From assembly GCA_000091205.1 (NCBI GenBank), contig AP006493.2: DNA of 64,000 nucleotides. The stretch is one strand, 5' to 3'. Made by a program: the position numbers and the translations under genes. The stretch comes from Cyanidioschyzon merolae. Lineage: Eukaryota. The notes under the pieces were generated by a model that was given only the letters and a program-made list of their open reading frames with translations, was not told where the DNA came from and ran no database searches. Every line of letters starts with the position of its first letter. The first letter of the stretch is position 1. Shown piece by piece: positions 21,537 to 34,575 of this stretch.

Positions 21537-22377
21537 GCGGTGATGGACCGCAGGCGGCAGGCGGCGCTCGTGAAGGTACAACGTGATGCCCAATTGGACG
21601 GAATTTTCCCTGATACATCAGGTCTGATAGACCTGTTCAGCAATCCGGACTGGCAGCGTGGCATACGGCTACTATGTCATGCGTTCCAGTGAACACCGTA
21701 TCGTTTGGTCGCTCGTATGGCGCGCCTGCGCACGGCCAGCGGCGAAATACAAGGGGCGAACGCACGCCCTCACGTCACTATAGCTGTGGACGTTGCTAAA
21801 GGTCTTGCGTATAACAGTAGAACACTTGCAAGCGTCCCTGTAACCAAAGAGGAGGGCCTGGGGGGCATCCAGCGACGCGCAGAGGCGCTATCGTCTCGCA
21901 CAGGCAAGGGCAAAACGTGAGCATTGTACTGCCGATAAATGCATCATACAATTGAAGAATGAGCATCGAGCGCTCAGCTCCTTATCCAAATCAAACAAGT
22001 GCGCTTCTATCCGTGCTCTGCAACAAGTCTAATCTTTTAGGTCAATGACTTCTCCTCAGCTAGATTGCGCCCTTCAACGCTGGGACTGAATTCTTTTGGA
22101 ACAGCAAAGCGGCTACTGTGTTTGGACAAGCTATAAGCAGAGAGGAGTTCCACTTCAGTCCAGAGGGTGCTTCCAAGCAAAACGTCGTAACAGATGGCTT
22201 GCGAACTTTGGTTTCGTTTCGATAAGGGTGATGAATTCGAGCGCAATATTTCCGGTTGCCATTGGACATGAGCTGGTCGAGGTTCCCACAAAGCATAGGG
22301 AAGACATGCAGTTCTTGCAAAATTTGGCGACCATTCGTCGGGTTCAGCCTCTAGCAGAGCATAAATTCGCGTTACCG

Positions 22378-22906
22378 TCAGCCCCGTTTGAGCTTCGCCA
22401 GCAAAGCCTCAATCTGCAAGTTCAGGTATGGCTGTCCCTTTCTTGTTCGTCGAAGATGCGCTGTTCTTTGGTTCTCACGGAGCTGCGCACGCCGCTCACG
22501 TTCCTCTGAAAGCCTCTGCCGCTGCTGCTCACGCTCGAAAAGCTCAGCCTGACGCTTGGTTCGAGCCTCTTGGCCTTTGCTGATCGCCTGCGCATAGCGC
22601 TTTGGAACGCGTTCTGTCGACGAGCGGTTCGACTGGTCAGCAAATTGTTCCCCGTCTTTGTCCGGTGAAGCGTTTTTTTGTACGGAGAACTGATCAGGGG
22701 CACGCGCGTTGATTTGCTCCGTCTGTTCGCCAGATGCGGCTCTTCCTTCGAGCAGGACTAGCATACGCCGAAACTCTTGGACCCTGCGCCGCACTCGCGC
22801 ACGGCGGCTTTCGAGAAGCTTGCGCCGATGAGCGCGGCGCTCTCGTTCAAACTGCCTCTTTCTGCTGAGGAAGTCCTGTAAATCGACGTGTGGCCTCTTA
22901 GATTCC
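22378..22906 (-). CDS. Small Arg/Glu-rich coiled-coil protein, possibly of the nucleolar rRNA-processing Fyv7/TAP26-like type.
   Basis: The first ATG (MESKRPHVDLQDF...) is at 22906; the track start at 22935 is a GTG. It is highly charged coiled-coil throughout. The C-terminus RTRKGQPYLNLQIEALLAKLKRG resembles the conserved tail of TAP26/Fyv7 proteins, as far as I recall it. Confidence 0.35.
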
Positions 22907-24822
22907 ATGTCTGTTGTCCCTTGCGTGCTAGACACTCTAGGGCTCTCCAGTGCCGTCGCATCGCCATCTGTCGATCCTGCTACGCGCGTGCGTCTCAGAC
23001 ACCAGTCAGCGAGGATGCCGTTGCTCGATGTTTAGGCGCGACCACCATAGCCCTGTCGACACAAACATGAATACCACGAGTACATATGCACAGAGTGTTG
23101 ATATGGGTGCCGCGATGTCGCATGATGTTGTTGCATTGTTCTCGGGTACAGCATAGTTCATGCTAGTTTGGATCCCGGAGAGTGCGCGATAGTTACCGGC
23201 TACCGGGAGCGCGTCCATCATCATTTCGTGCCAGACCTTCAGGTTCCACGATACATCACCGCCGAATCTACCACCGCTACACATATCTCGCATTGGGGAT
23301 ATTAGTAAGTTCACAGGAGCCTCCGAATGCCGATCTCGCCGTGAGCGCCCACCGCGACGCCTTGAGCGCCTGTGCGGATGCTGCACCCAGAGGGAACGTT
23401 TATGCCAGACTCTTGTGGGCGTCAGCTCGAGCGATATGGGTCCCTGGATCGACGCAGCCTTCTCTTTACGTGTCAATGCTCCTGGATCTCGGGGCTTTAA
23501 CTATCGCTTAACCATGAACGCCCGGAGGTTCGGTCAACCGCCCAAACAGTGTCGTCCAAGGTCATGAGGGCTCGATTGATCTGGAGAATCCATGGGCGCC
23601 GCACACCGAGCGAACGGTGTCACGGCCTAGTCACTGATGCCGGCTTCGTACCTTTCAGTTTAACGCAATTAGCACTTAAGAGGGTAAGGCTTCGCATACT
23701 AAGATCATCTTGAGAATCGGATGAGCAGCGGCAACGTCGGATCTTGGATAATGCACTTGGTCAGCTGTATGCGCTTCGTGAAAATCAATCATTTGAGTTC
23801 CGAATCATCTGCACGCGTCTCGTACTGGGCATGCGTCATGCCCTCCGTCCTGCTTGCGAGTTTCATGGCCGCCATCCCTCTCATGCAGTTTGGTTGTTGG
23901 CCCCGCGCTGTCTCATCAGCGCGAAGCGTATGTGCTGACAGATTCCGCGAGAAATCCGTTCTCCGTGGGCGCATATACCGACCGAAATGATGACTCGCAT
24001 ATGCGAAGCGTTCATCGCTGTACAGTTCGGACGTGTTTGCACGCAACTGACCAACCAACGAGTGATGAGCGATGACGCATTCGTTCGCAACAGGGGGCAC
24101 ATCATGCAACGCCATCTCGGAGAAACCACGCCCGAGTGCTCTTGCACAGTACGGATTAGCGGAGAACATGAACGCGCCCCTAGAGCCAACTCCGGTAAGT
24201 GCACCATACAGTGATTTGGTCCCCGCCTGGTGGTCGCTGCGACACTTCCAGCGTCCCTGACGATGGACCCCAAAAACGCTCGACACCCGGCATATCCACC
24301 GCATTGATCAAAACTCGAGTCGTTGTGTGAAAGCTCTTCTGAAGACCGTGGAACATACAAGTATCTGGGGACGACGATGATCTCCCTCCTATTTTTCAGC
24401 GAGCATCACGCGTCCCGAAGAGTCCGGTCCGGCTCATGGGTCAACCGCCATGAACCCTCTTCGCTGCGAGAGCAGCGCTGCGTCAGACTGCAGTGCGCGT
24501 CCGAAATGTCAAGGAATCTACCGTCGTCGCATTGCTGCTGCGCGCGCGTGCCCATGCAGATATTCGTTCACAGGGCGCTGGCTCAGTGTTCGCGTAAACA
24601 CGTGCATGCGATTTCGGGAACTGATCGACGATTGTGCGATTTTGCTATCTGGAGCGAGCAACCACGTATGCAAGCGTGTGTATGCTTGACGGCTTTCAAC
24701 ACAGTTTGCAGCCCGTCTAACTCCATTTGGTTTGATAAGAGCCAAGGATTGTGGTTGTACTTTGAAAAAATACGTAAGCGATATGTTGACTTTTTCCTGA
24801 GGTTTCAGGGGCGAGCACCGTT

Positions 24823-26535
24823 ATGGACCTTGCGCTTCCGCACTTCCCGTCAACCGAGCGAAAGCGGTCTGACTCGAGTGGCAGAGTAGAACAGCGTGCC
24901 CGAGTGGCTGATTTCCAACAGAATGTGAATGTCTCACAAAGCGGGAACTGCGTGGAGGGTTGCTCTGTGCCTCCAAGAGTCTTACCGAAGCGTCCCATAC
25001 TGAAACAGAGGCGACCGGTAGACAAGTCACCCGACTCGACGTACTTGTCAAGCACTTCCGGAAACCCAAGGTGCATTCGTTTTGAATCTGTCGTTCGAGT
25101 CATCAATGATGGCTCATCGTCGCCTCTTAAAGAGGGCACCGTGGCATACGTGGGCGAGTGGTTGCGCGCTGAACTGGTAGAGAAACGACTTGAACAAGTT
25201 TTCTCGAAACCAGCGTCGCTACTTACTCCGCAGGATATCTACGACGTTGTGTACGCGCAGAGTGAGTCCATGCTGAGCGCCGTTCATGTATACGACCCGG
25301 CTGGTCCTCCGGTCCAGAAAACAACGTCCACTACCCAAGTGTTTGGGGTGGCCCCGCCGGAGCCACGAGAAGATAGCGCCTATGAGCTATCGAATATGGA
25401 TAAGGACACTGACGATCAACCCGAAGATCCGGAGGTCAAATCAGTGCCCGAGACTGCCCCAGTATTGGAAAGTCTTGGGATGCGGCATACGCAGCGCTCA
25501 TCATCCACCGTAGCCACCGGTATCTTTTGGTGTTTCCGAAGAAGTACAGTTCGATCCGACGATCCAACCCGAAGCAAGGTCTCCATGGAAAAGGAATTCC
25601 CGCGCACCAGTGTTTCTCGAAACGAAAAGCCTAATGACTTTGATCTCTCCTCCCCAGAGAAAACGACCGAAGAAACTCTCGCAGGAATGGAAGCCTGCGT
25701 GTCTCCTGCGCAGCGGCGAAGCACGAGCCTAGGTCTGGTGCCAGACTTCGATTGCGAGCGAATCTATGCGCATTTACACACAGAGCGAATCCGCATTCTG
25801 GCGATGGACCTTGTGAAGTATCGCGCGGGCAATGTTTTCCACGACGCATGTATAGCGTTTATTTGTCGATCACTACTTCCACATCGGGTTACAGAGATCT
25901 GCACAGGCGAGCCGATCCAGTTCCAATGGCTGAAGGAGCTCGGCTGCTCAGTTTGCGATACCTCGATCCTGTTCGGGCCGTATTCAATGCTAGCTATGCT
26001 TCTTACCCTCCAGTACATTTCGTCCCATCTGCGAGTGTCGCGTAGATTGCTGCAGTCGGATGTTACCCAGACGATCGGCAGCGCTCAGGCTTGCACAGAC
26101 GTGGAGTCCCAAGAGGTAATTGGGTTATCTCAAGGGCCTCAAGATCGCACCGGGTGTGGCGCATCCGGAATTCGTTTAGGTGGTTGTACTGCAAGTTCTG
26201 CGAAACCGGAAGAGCTCACGATGAATCAGAAACGAGATCGTTTCTACTTTTTAGAGCTCTGTCTCCGCCTTGCAACAGCTTTGATCCATTTGTTGCGCCA
26301 CGGGCGATTGAACGCGATCTGTAATTATACAGACCGCGTGCGTCTTGCGTTAGACCTGCTCCTGGCGGGTTGGCTGGCGGACTTTTGGAAGCGCTGGGAG
26401 CGAGGAAGAATACGCAGCGTTGAAGCGTACATCCTTGCAGCACAGAAGAAAATAGCCGATGGTATCGGGGTGCTTGCGATGATTCGTGCGGGAACGCGCA
26501 CGGAGGATGCCTCTGCGATTGCTCTGTACGACTGA
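24823..26535 (+). CDS. Hypothetical protein of 570 aa.
   Basis: Long uninterrupted ORF starting at an ATG, flanked by intergenic DNA. I recognise no domain. Confidence 0.4.
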   Translation: MDLALPHFPSTERKRSDSSGRVEQRARVADFQQNVNVSQSGNCVEGCSVPPRVLPKRPILKQRRPVDKSPDSTYLSSTSGNPRCIRFESVVRVINDGSSSPLKEGTVAYVGEWLRAELVEKRLEQVFSKPASLLTPQDIYDVVYAQSESMLSAVHVYDPAGPPVQKTTSTTQVFGVAPPEPREDSAYELSNMDKDTDDQPEDPEVKSVPETAPVLESLGMRHTQRSSSTVATGIFWCFRRSTVRSDDPTRSKVSMEKEFPRTSVSRNEKPNDFDLSSPEKTTEETLAGMEACVSPAQRRSTSLGLVPDFDCERIYAHLHTERIRILAMDLVKYRAGNVFHDACIAFICRSLLPHRVTEICTGEPIQFQWLKELGCSVCDTSILFGPYSMLAMLLTLQYISSHLRVSRRLLQSDVTQTIGSAQACTDVESQEVIGLSQGPQDRTGCGASGIRLGGCTASSAKPEELTMNQKRDRFYFLELCLRLATALIHLLRHGRLNAICNYTDRVRLALDLLLAGWLADFWKRWERGRIRSVEAYILAAQKKIADGIGVLAMIRAGTRTEDASAIALYD

Positions 26536-26976
26536 TGAGTTTTACGGAGTCGAACTGGGTGTGAGATACTGATAAAATAGCGAAGACATGCACCACACAT
26601 TGCAGCGTGCCAACCGCACAATCCAGGTGCAGAGCCCAGAATCCGATTCGCTTGTAATTGCATCGCTCTACCCCCTTAACGTACAAGAACAACAGGGCAT
26701 GCTCGGGCAATCCCTTCAGAGTTGCTGGCCTGCCTATTCGGCTACTAGAAATGGTGTGGTGATATCCAAGAAATCGCATAACTACAGGCATTCTCTATCA
26801 GGAGCACATAGCTAAAGCAAATACTCTCCACGAACAGGTGTATCCAGTAAGTTACGCATCAAATCATGCTTCATTCATGGTTCAGTTGCACGCTATATTC
26901 TTGAGCATTTCGCAGATCGAGCTCTAAGAACTGGAGGGTCCCTTCAGTCGCTGGAGGTCCGACCATGCTGCACATC

Positions 26977-28479
26977 TCATACTGAACCGTCTCCCGGAGG
27001 CTGCTTAGCCTGATACGTGCTGCCCGCATATCTCCATTGGTCTGCTGCATGCCCTCGATGGGGGATATTTTCACATGATGAAGCAGTCCCGAGGCCTTGA
27101 CTCTGAGCCAGTCCCGAAGGCTTCCACGCCGCAGCTGCACGCGTGCTGGCAAATCCATAACAATAAAAGTCTTGCAGGGATCCGGACCCACCCAGGCCTG
27201 CTCCACAGACAGAAATGGGGTACCATGGATGAACATGGGTAGGAGGAAACGGTACGTTGGTCCAGCCGTACTGGGGTCGGTTTGGATGCAGCATGAACGG
27301 ATGGGCTGGACCATTCATGCTCATAAAAGCGCCTGGAGCTGCTAATGCTCGCGCCTGGCCCCAGGGAACATCCGCCTTGATGTCAGTACATTGCAGCGAG
27401 TCTGTCGGGAAGCCGGCACCCTGAGTAGAGTGATAGCTCCCAGTGGTCCCGCAAGACTGTGAACACAACAGCAGGTTGTACGCGCTCTGGGTGCAGGCGG
27501 CATATTTCCGACGTCTTTCGTCGGTTGCATAGGCAGCCCGCTGCATTCCAATCATTAATCGCGTTCTTTCATATTCTTCCACACTTGCCGGGGGCGCAGA
27601 CATTGCCCGTTTCGCTTCTGTAGGAAGCCGCCCCGCATAATGTGGTAGTTCCTCAGAGTAATACACGGGACATTCCTGATAAGTTAGCGGCGACGCATAA
27701 CTGCACGATGCTGATTGATACGGGTCACTATTTGATCGCTTAAACTCGGCGCTGCCCACTGGCAGTACCCTGTCTTCATCAACAAGCTGTGCCTTTTGTG
27801 CGGTGTCCTCAGGTGACTCCTCTCGAGTGGGCGACTTAGAGTTGCGCGGGTACGGAGATGCTGACCTTCTTTTGGGTCGTGGCGGCGGAATATATTCCCC
27901 AGTTGTGTGCTTCTGAATTCGCAGAAAGTATTTCTGCGCGTGCGATCTGATTTGCAGCACTGTTTTTGTTCCCACATGCTTCTGAATTTTCTTCCAGTCT
28001 CTTTCGAACAAGTGAAGAGCCTCCACGAACCTTTGGTGCTCCTCTTCTGTCCACTTTTCTCGAGCCTTTGACTTGACATAAGGCTTTCTCGGACGGACAT
28101 CCCGGGAGTTAGAAGTGTTAGAGTTAGGTGCACCTGGTGTGAGGTTGTCCGGGGCGCTCGTCACACTTGAAGCTCCAGAGGAGTTCCTTTCCAAAACGTT
28201 TTCACCGCTATCGTTAACGAAACTCAGTCTCTGCAAAGCACAGGCTGCTGAGCGCGCTTCTCTTTCCCCCTCAGACCGAACAGAAGGCTGCGCGTGAGAA
28301 CCGCTGTCCTCGGAAGTTTCCAGCCCCGCGCTGCTTGAAGACGTCAAAGCCGGGATAGCGTACCGGGGACTCGGGGGCTCAACCGACGAGCTCTTACGTT
28401 CTGCAGTGTAGTGCAGAGGATATGTACGCTGACATTCGGTAGGCGTGCCCCCGGCGTCAAACACAGAGCCCCGGTCCAT
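26977..28479 (-). CDS. MYB-related transcription factor of the SHAQKYF class (CCA1/LHY/RVE-like).
   Basis: A single SANT/MYB repeat reads [49 protein letters not shown]. The rest is low-complexity Ser/Pro/Ala-rich. ATG at 28479. Confidence 0.75.
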   Translation of the reverse strand: MDRGSVFDAGGTPTECQRTYPLHYTAERKSSSVEPPSPRYAIPALTSSSSAGLETSEDSGSHAQPSVRSEGEREARSAACALQRLSFVNDSGENVLERNSSGASSVTSAPDNLTPGAPNSNTSNSRDVRPRKPYVKSKAREKWTEEEHQRFVEALHLFERDWKKIQKHVGTKTVLQIRSHAQKYFLRIQKHTTGEYIPPPRPKRRSASPYPRNSKSPTREESPEDTAQKAQLVDEDRVLPVGSAEFKRSNSDPYQSASCSYASPLTYQECPVYYSEELPHYAGRLPTEAKRAMSAPPASVEEYERTRLMIGMQRAAYATDERRRKYAACTQSAYNLLLCSQSCGTTGSYHSTQGAGFPTDSLQCTDIKADVPWGQARALAAPGAFMSMNGPAHPFMLHPNRPQYGWTNVPFPPTHVHPWYPISVCGAGLGGSGSLQDFYCYGFASTRAAAAWKPSGLAQSQGLGTASSCENIPHRGHAADQWRYAGSTYQAKQPPGDGSV

Positions 28480-30838
28480 TCGCTGCTGCTTAACTTGCTC
28501 CCTCGAAAGTCGAGGCCACAGTCAAAGACGACGAAGGAGAATTCCGCCCTCAAGCCACTGGTTGGTATTCTTCGAGACTCCTCACTGGTGCCCGACAAAC
28601 GTAAGCCTCTTTGAAAACACGATCAGTGTCCTTGAAAACCTGGCGCCAAGTCGAGAGTCGTTCGTTGCCACGAGCTACCTACAGGCCCTCGAAAAGACGG
28701 AGGAAATCTCTGCGAATCGTTTGGCAGCACTGCGATTCCGCCTCCGTAGATGTCGGGGATCACAGCGTCGAGCGCTCGGGAGCTCTGGCGCCACCGAGGG
28801 TTCCGCCTCCACGTGCTCAAGGAGTACCCTCACTGGGGCGAATGCATCCCACTGCTGATATTCCATCGTCGCGGGCTTGAAAAGGTATGTTAGAATTTTG
28901 TATTTCTAATTTGTGCTTCATCAAGTGTTAAGTTTCACAGTTGTTGAAAGGTCAAGGGGTTTGTTACGGAAAAGGTAGCTGCCATTCAGCTGTGTGTGGT
29001 AATCACTGAAGAAAGGCTCCAGGGATGGCAGCCAAACTACAGCATGCTTATGTGCTGGTCGAATCCGTGCCAGCCGTAGTCCAATTATAAAATGTGTGGT
29101 AGGGTGAAAGCAGCTGTAGCACACGCTTGAGCGCCGGAACAGGGTTTTCTCCAGAGCATCTCACAGAATCCGAGAGCATCCTCGCTGGATTCTAGGGCAA
29201 AATCAGCCACCAGCGAACAGCATAGCGCTCGCTCACCACGGGAACTTCAAACCTCCAGTTGGGTTAACGGCTGAGGTATCTGGGCAACAGGGTGCATTGT
29301 TGTGTTCTGCGGCGGAGACAAGGTATGTTTCTTGAATATTTCACGACCGGTGGGCTCTTGTCGGAAATCGAAACAGTTCAGAGGATGATGCAACGTTCGA
29401 AGATGCGATCGGAAGGGGTATCTGAGAGCGACATGCTCAAAACTGCTTTGCATTTGGGCGTCCCGGCTGAGTATAACAGATTTGCCTTTAGCCGAGTTGT
29501 GTGTACTAGAGCGGCACACTTCGCACTCCCTCGAGTATGGTTCACCAAGGCGTCATTTCGAAGTGTGTGCGTCTATTCCACGTCGGACTCTCTGTCGGAT
29601 ATTCTCAATTTAGCGTGATTTTTCGTAGACTTTATCATTTACATCGAGCTGGGCGAGGCACGGTCCATGCGACTCCCAATGCACCAGCAGCGTCGCCGTT
29701 TGTGTAAAATCATACACTAGAGACCCTAAGTAAGACAAACCCTGATTGATGAATCCATGATATGTCGGCCGAAGTACAGAGAGCGATCCACAAAATGTTC
29801 GCCGTGGTACAGAGAACGATGTTTACGCGAGTCCTATGCAAGGTACTGAGGACGCTTCAGTCGGGGTCACTGCCGTGTAGAACCCAAGCCCTATCATAAT
29901 TCAAGCTAGAAAAACACCTGCAAGGATGGGCACCGTCAACATGTCGCCTGCTCGCAGAAGATCTTGTGTACGGCGTGTACAGCAGCGCAAACACCAGAAA
30001 AGATGAATTGTTTCGCATCCTTCGCGCGTGGCCCATAGCAAGCTTTATGCTCAATTTTCGAATGGCATACCGCATGTGGCTGCCCTGGCTCCTTGATCAA
30101 AAGCGCATAAGTTGCCTGCAGGCCAAGTGACCTTCACATTGCTGGTGTCCGTGGGCTCAGCGACTCTCTGCACGAGCGTCGCAGAACCTTTCCCCCTACA
30201 ACGAATTTACCTGCTTTTGGGATGCATCCCGTATCACAGAGTGAAGCTTCTTCTATACACGAATGTTCTGGCCTGCCTGATCATGGCGCATGCAGACTAA
30301 CGTGCTGCAGTATCCTGCATGATTTATGGTAGTTTCCTCAAAACGAGCGCCACAGACGTTGCGCAGATGTCGAAGTTCGAGCGAATGCACAATCGATCAA
30401 GAAGCCAAAGCTCTGTCTATTTTCATCCCAATTTATATACTAATGGGCGATAAATACAGTTTCTGACGTGCCGCATGATCTGATCGCCGGTGCACGGTGC
30501 GGCGGCTGCTCCCAGACGTCGTAGCGACGACGGCGGCGCTTTTATCGCCGAGCGCTTGCTTGATTCAACGCCAGGTGCTGTGTTAGCCCAAGACGTCGTC
30601 GGAGTGCAGAGTTTGGTCGCGCAAAACAGCTTGTAAAGAACTTGAACGGGACGGTAGGAAAGTCCTTTACGCACCAGGCACTACGGCAGAACTTTGGGCT
30701 CGAAATTTTGGAGTCAGCGCGGGTGAGAATTTACTGCAACAGCGTGCGTCGTGTGGACTTGCACAGATCCGCTGAAGCAGGGGAGTCGCCGCGAGACTCC
30801 CTGTACCTTTCTCGTGAAACACGTGGTTATAGAGAACT

Positions 30839-33004
30839 ATGGAAGGCTACGTACCAGTCCCGATATCGAACAGCCGAGCAGGGCGTTGGACAGGAACCGG
30901 AAGCGACGGTACACGAGTTTTCACGCAAGCGCGCGACGTGTGTACTCGAGTTCCGGTGCTGGATACTCAGCTGTGCATGTCTCACGGAGCGCATCCTATA
31001 TCGAAGGCAAACGTAAGACTTGCCTTCCAGAAGCCCGGTGGTGTTCTGGGACAAGTCAATGTGAGCGTGTTTGCTCAAAACGGATGCGAGATAAAACCTG
31101 GGTGCGGCAACCGTGTTGCCGTCTCCAAATCTGAGGCACACGCTCTTGGAAGCGAGAGCTCGTGCTTCACACATGGGAGCCGGTGTCTATATCCGCACCC
31201 ACAACGCAAGTCGGCCCAAGAAAATGTGAACAGTGTCGACACTGATCGGGGTGATACTCGCATGATAGCCGTGGGTCCCCGTCGAACCAATGCCCGCAGG
31301 AGTGATAATCCAGAAAAACTTGAGGATTCATGTGAATCAGATAGTGTAATTACTGGCATCATTCTGCGAAGCCCGGATGAAGCCTATCAGGATCGTGGTG
31401 ATCATGCAGGGCTCGAGCACGCAGTAGCATCGCGGAACCAGCGGCGCAATAAGATCCCTCGTGTCGACCCTCGAGGGCTTGCTGCGTACGCAGACGAATT
31501 GCTCGCGGCGGCAGACATTGATATCATATCCCTCTCTGCAGAATTTGGCTCTGTCGACAGGAATAGCCGTAACCAGCGAACACGGATCTCGTTCCCCGGG
31601 TCATTGCGTGCCTACGTTCGAGGTCTGGAGCGGCAGTATCAGTTTGAGCAGTCGTCAGATGCACCTGAGTCTGTCGCTGAGGCAGAAAACAAAATGGTGA
31701 AGAGATCATCGCCTGCAGCGAAGGGCAAAAGCTCCTTGACACGCTCGGAGAAGCGTGCGGCGGCCGCTAAAACGAAAGGTCGGCAACCGAGGGCACGCAA
31801 GACGGAGCGCCTCACCGGCGCGCAAGTCCGAATGCGAGCGGGCCCCCGGATGAAGAATACTGTATCTACGGGTGACGCTTCCGTCGCTAGTGTTAATAGC
31901 AATAGTGGCACGGTGGACCCTTTTGATGGTATATTTTCCGGCCTTGACGATGAAGAACCTGATCTCGACGCGGATAGCGATAAGTTGCTAGATGCTCTGG
32001 TTGAGGAAGATGAATCTGCGGAAGCTGAGCCAAACACAGGTGAGCGGAAGGATGATACGATTCGTTCGTATCTGTATGAAATCGGGCGCTACCAACTTCT
32101 TCAACCTGGGGAGGAGGTCGAACTCTCCAGACAGGTTTGTGTCCTCATGGATTTGGAGCGATTTCAGAAGTCGTTTCGGGAGCAGCATGGCAAGTCACCG
32201 ACCGAGCTGGAGTGGGCTCGAGGATGCGGCTACGGCGAAGATGTCGAGGCGCTCCGCAAGCATATCCGAGATGGAAGAAGTGCGAAGGAAAGAATGGTAA
32301 CCGCCAATCTGCGGCTGGTGGTCTCCATCGCAAAACGCTATTCTAACCGTGGCGTAGCTCTGCAGGATCTGATCCAAGAGGGCTCCATTGGACTCATACG
32401 AGGAGTTGAAAAATTTGATGCTGGGCGAGGATTCCGGTTCTCCACGTACGCAACTTGGTGGATACGGCAATCCATTACACGAGCAATATCGGATTCCTCA
32501 CGTTCCATAAGACTGCCTGTTCACGTCCATGACACGATTTCCATGATTCGAAAGCACACCAAGGCCCTGCATACACAGCTGGGGCGTCCACCTCGCGAGG
32601 ACGAAATCTGCGAAAGTGTTGGAATAGATATTGCAAAGTATCGTTTAATCATGGAATGTTCTCAGAATATTGTGAGCCTCGAAACACCCATGCACGGTAC
32701 AGATGACATACACAACCTCGGCGAGTCCCTGATATCCCCAGAGGAGCGCTCTGAGGATACTGTCTCGCGAGATACCTTGCGGGATAGCATTGAAAAGGTG
32801 CTGCGGTGTCTGACTGCGCGTGAACGGGAGGTTATTCGCATGCGCTTCGGCCTAGCAGACGGCCGACCGCGAACTTTGGAGGAAGTGGGAGTCAAATTTA
32901 ATGTTACCAGAGAGCGCATTCGGCAGATCGAATCCAAGGCTCTGAAAAAGCTCCGAATTCCTGCAGAGAACAATTTCCTCGACGAGTATCTCACGGAGCT
33001 CTAG
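30839..33004 (+). CDS. Nuclear-encoded plastid RNA polymerase sigma factor (sigma-70/RpoD family) with a roughly 400-aa N-terminal extension.
   Basis: Region 2 reads ANLRLVVSIAKRYSNRGVALQDLIQEGSIGLIRGVEKFDAGRGFRFSTYATWWIRQSITRAI. Region 3 reads RLPVHVHDTISMI. Region 4 reads REREVIRMRFGLADGRPRTLEEVGVKFNVTRERIRQIESKALKKLR. A bacterial-type sigma in a eukaryotic nuclear context implies plastid targeting. The true start may lie at a downstream ATG. Confidence 0.8.
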   Translation: MEGYVPVPISNSRAGRWTGTGSDGTRVFTQARDVCTRVPVLDTQLCMSHGAHPISKANVRLAFQKPGGVLGQVNVSVFAQNGCEIKPGCGNRVAVSKSEAHALGSESSCFTHGSRCLYPHPQRKSAQENVNSVDTDRGDTRMIAVGPRRTNARRSDNPEKLEDSCESDSVITGIILRSPDEAYQDRGDHAGLEHAVASRNQRRNKIPRVDPRGLAAYADELLAAADIDIISLSAEFGSVDRNSRNQRTRISFPGSLRAYVRGLERQYQFEQSSDAPESVAEAENKMVKRSSPAAKGKSSLTRSEKRAAAAKTKGRQPRARKTERLTGAQVRMRAGPRMKNTVSTGDASVASVNSNSGTVDPFDGIFSGLDDEEPDLDADSDKLLDALVEEDESAEAEPNTGERKDDTIRSYLYEIGRYQLLQPGEEVELSRQVCVLMDLERFQKSFREQHGKSPTELEWARGCGYGEDVEALRKHIRDGRSAKERMVTANLRLVVSIAKRYSNRGVALQDLIQEGSIGLIRGVEKFDAGRGFRFSTYATWWIRQSITRAISDSSRSIRLPVHVHDTISMIRKHTKALHTQLGRPPREDEICESVGIDIAKYRLIMECSQNIVSLETPMHGTDDIHNLGESLISPEERSEDTVSRDTLRDSIEKVLRCLTAREREVIRMRFGLADGRPRTLEEVGVKFNVTRERIRQIESKALKKLRIPAENNFLDEYLTEL

Positions 33005-33634
33005 GGTAGCCAGTCACTGCACCAAACACTTTCGGAGAGATTTTATAAAACTGGTGATTTTACCGAGCTGTACTGAATGCGCACTGTCAGAGAAGCGAAA
33101 CGTTTGCTGTTCTTTGTGGGATAAACAAATACCTTCCCATAGACGCCTCCTAGTCTTTTTTGACCGGTCGCCTGCTACTAGTCTCAGTTTCGCCCTGTGC
33201 ATTTCGATCCTGAGAGGCTGCCCCTTAAAGTTTGCTCGTCTTCAGCACCGCAAATCTCCTGTTATTGATAGCAGCATGGGAGTCCCGGTTCACGAACTCC
33301 GCGTATGCAGCGCTGCTGGTGGACCTCACCAAAACAAGGATTCCTCGAACTCGCGCGTTCTGTGCCACTAAAGTCTCACCATCGCCCCGTTGGCAAACAT
33401 CACTTTCCTTCTGTCTACTTTCTTTTTCGTCTTCTTCTTGCTCACTTGCTCTTCATCGCTCGATGGTTTGCGAGAGGCAAATTTATTTCGTTTTTCCGAC
33501 AGAAGGCGACATCGGGGCTCCAGGATTTTCGACTCCCATGTTCATAACTTTCCCTTGGATTTCCTATTTCTTCAAATCACCACACCAGTTTATGCCCGCC
33601 AGGTGAGGACCTTCACAGAGCAAGAAGGACTTGT

Positions 33635-34575
33635 GAAAGAGATAATGTGCCCACTGGGACACCATGTGCTTAACGCTTCAGCGATTCGCCCGGTGGAACG
33701 ATCATTACATTTCAGGATACAAAACACTCTTTCGGTTAAGTTGAACCATGGAGCGTACGGAGTAATGAAAGGCGGCTCTACGGCGAGAGACCTGGCAAAG
33801 GCTCGAACGGAAGGGCAATTCTCAAATGCACGGTGTCCAATAGGAGGAGGTCTCCAGATTTCAGGGGAAAAGTCTTCAATGATCCGACGAAGTGGTCGAA
33901 GCTGCTGTTTGAGCCTTCTTTAGACGCCAGAACCGAGGCCACCAATAGTATCTACTGCAGCTAGAACATATGGTGATGTTCTCTTTCGCCTCGAGATCGA
34001 TTGTATATACAACGGGCTCCATGCTCCGCGAATACTCACACATGCTCCGATCGTTTCATTCGAATGACATCTCATCGACTGAAAGAATAAACCGACGTAC
34101 CTGTGCTTCATACGGCTAGTGGCGTTCCGGAAAAGCTATTGCTGCGATTTCGGTGGAGGATGGCCGTGCGTGATCTAGGGCGCTGTTTTTGCGACTACAT
34201 CGCAATGTCTGCAGGACCACGCGAGCTCCCCGCTCAGACACAGAGACGCTTGCGGTGGCTACTATTACGCCTTTTTTCTTCCCGTATGAGGGTCAACGGA
34301 TCGTATTCCATCATTGACTGGAAGCAGTCTTGGAGAATAACGGTTTTGTCGCGGAACGCATGTACTTGTTTCTTTCTTTCATTGTTCCTCAACGATCTGA
34401 GTACTGTTGTATGACTGAACTGAGGGGCGAACGCAGTCCTCCTTGCATTGTTAAGCAAAAAATATTCTCTACAAGCAATTTGTGTACAATCTATATGGTA
34501 CGCTGCGTAGAGATTTGCATGTCCTGCTCTACAGTGCGAAGAAGCATTCTATTTTACGCAGCGGGAGTAAAGCAA
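33635..34575. repeat. Copy 1 of a 941 bp perfect direct repeat. It is an internal segment of the TnpB/Fanzor-like element family.
   Basis: Identical over its whole length, as far as I can read, to 37415-38355 (offset 3780 bp). Divergence begins before 33635 and after 34575. A roughly 80%-identical inverted fragment of the same sequence lies at 54065-54185. Confidence 0.85.
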
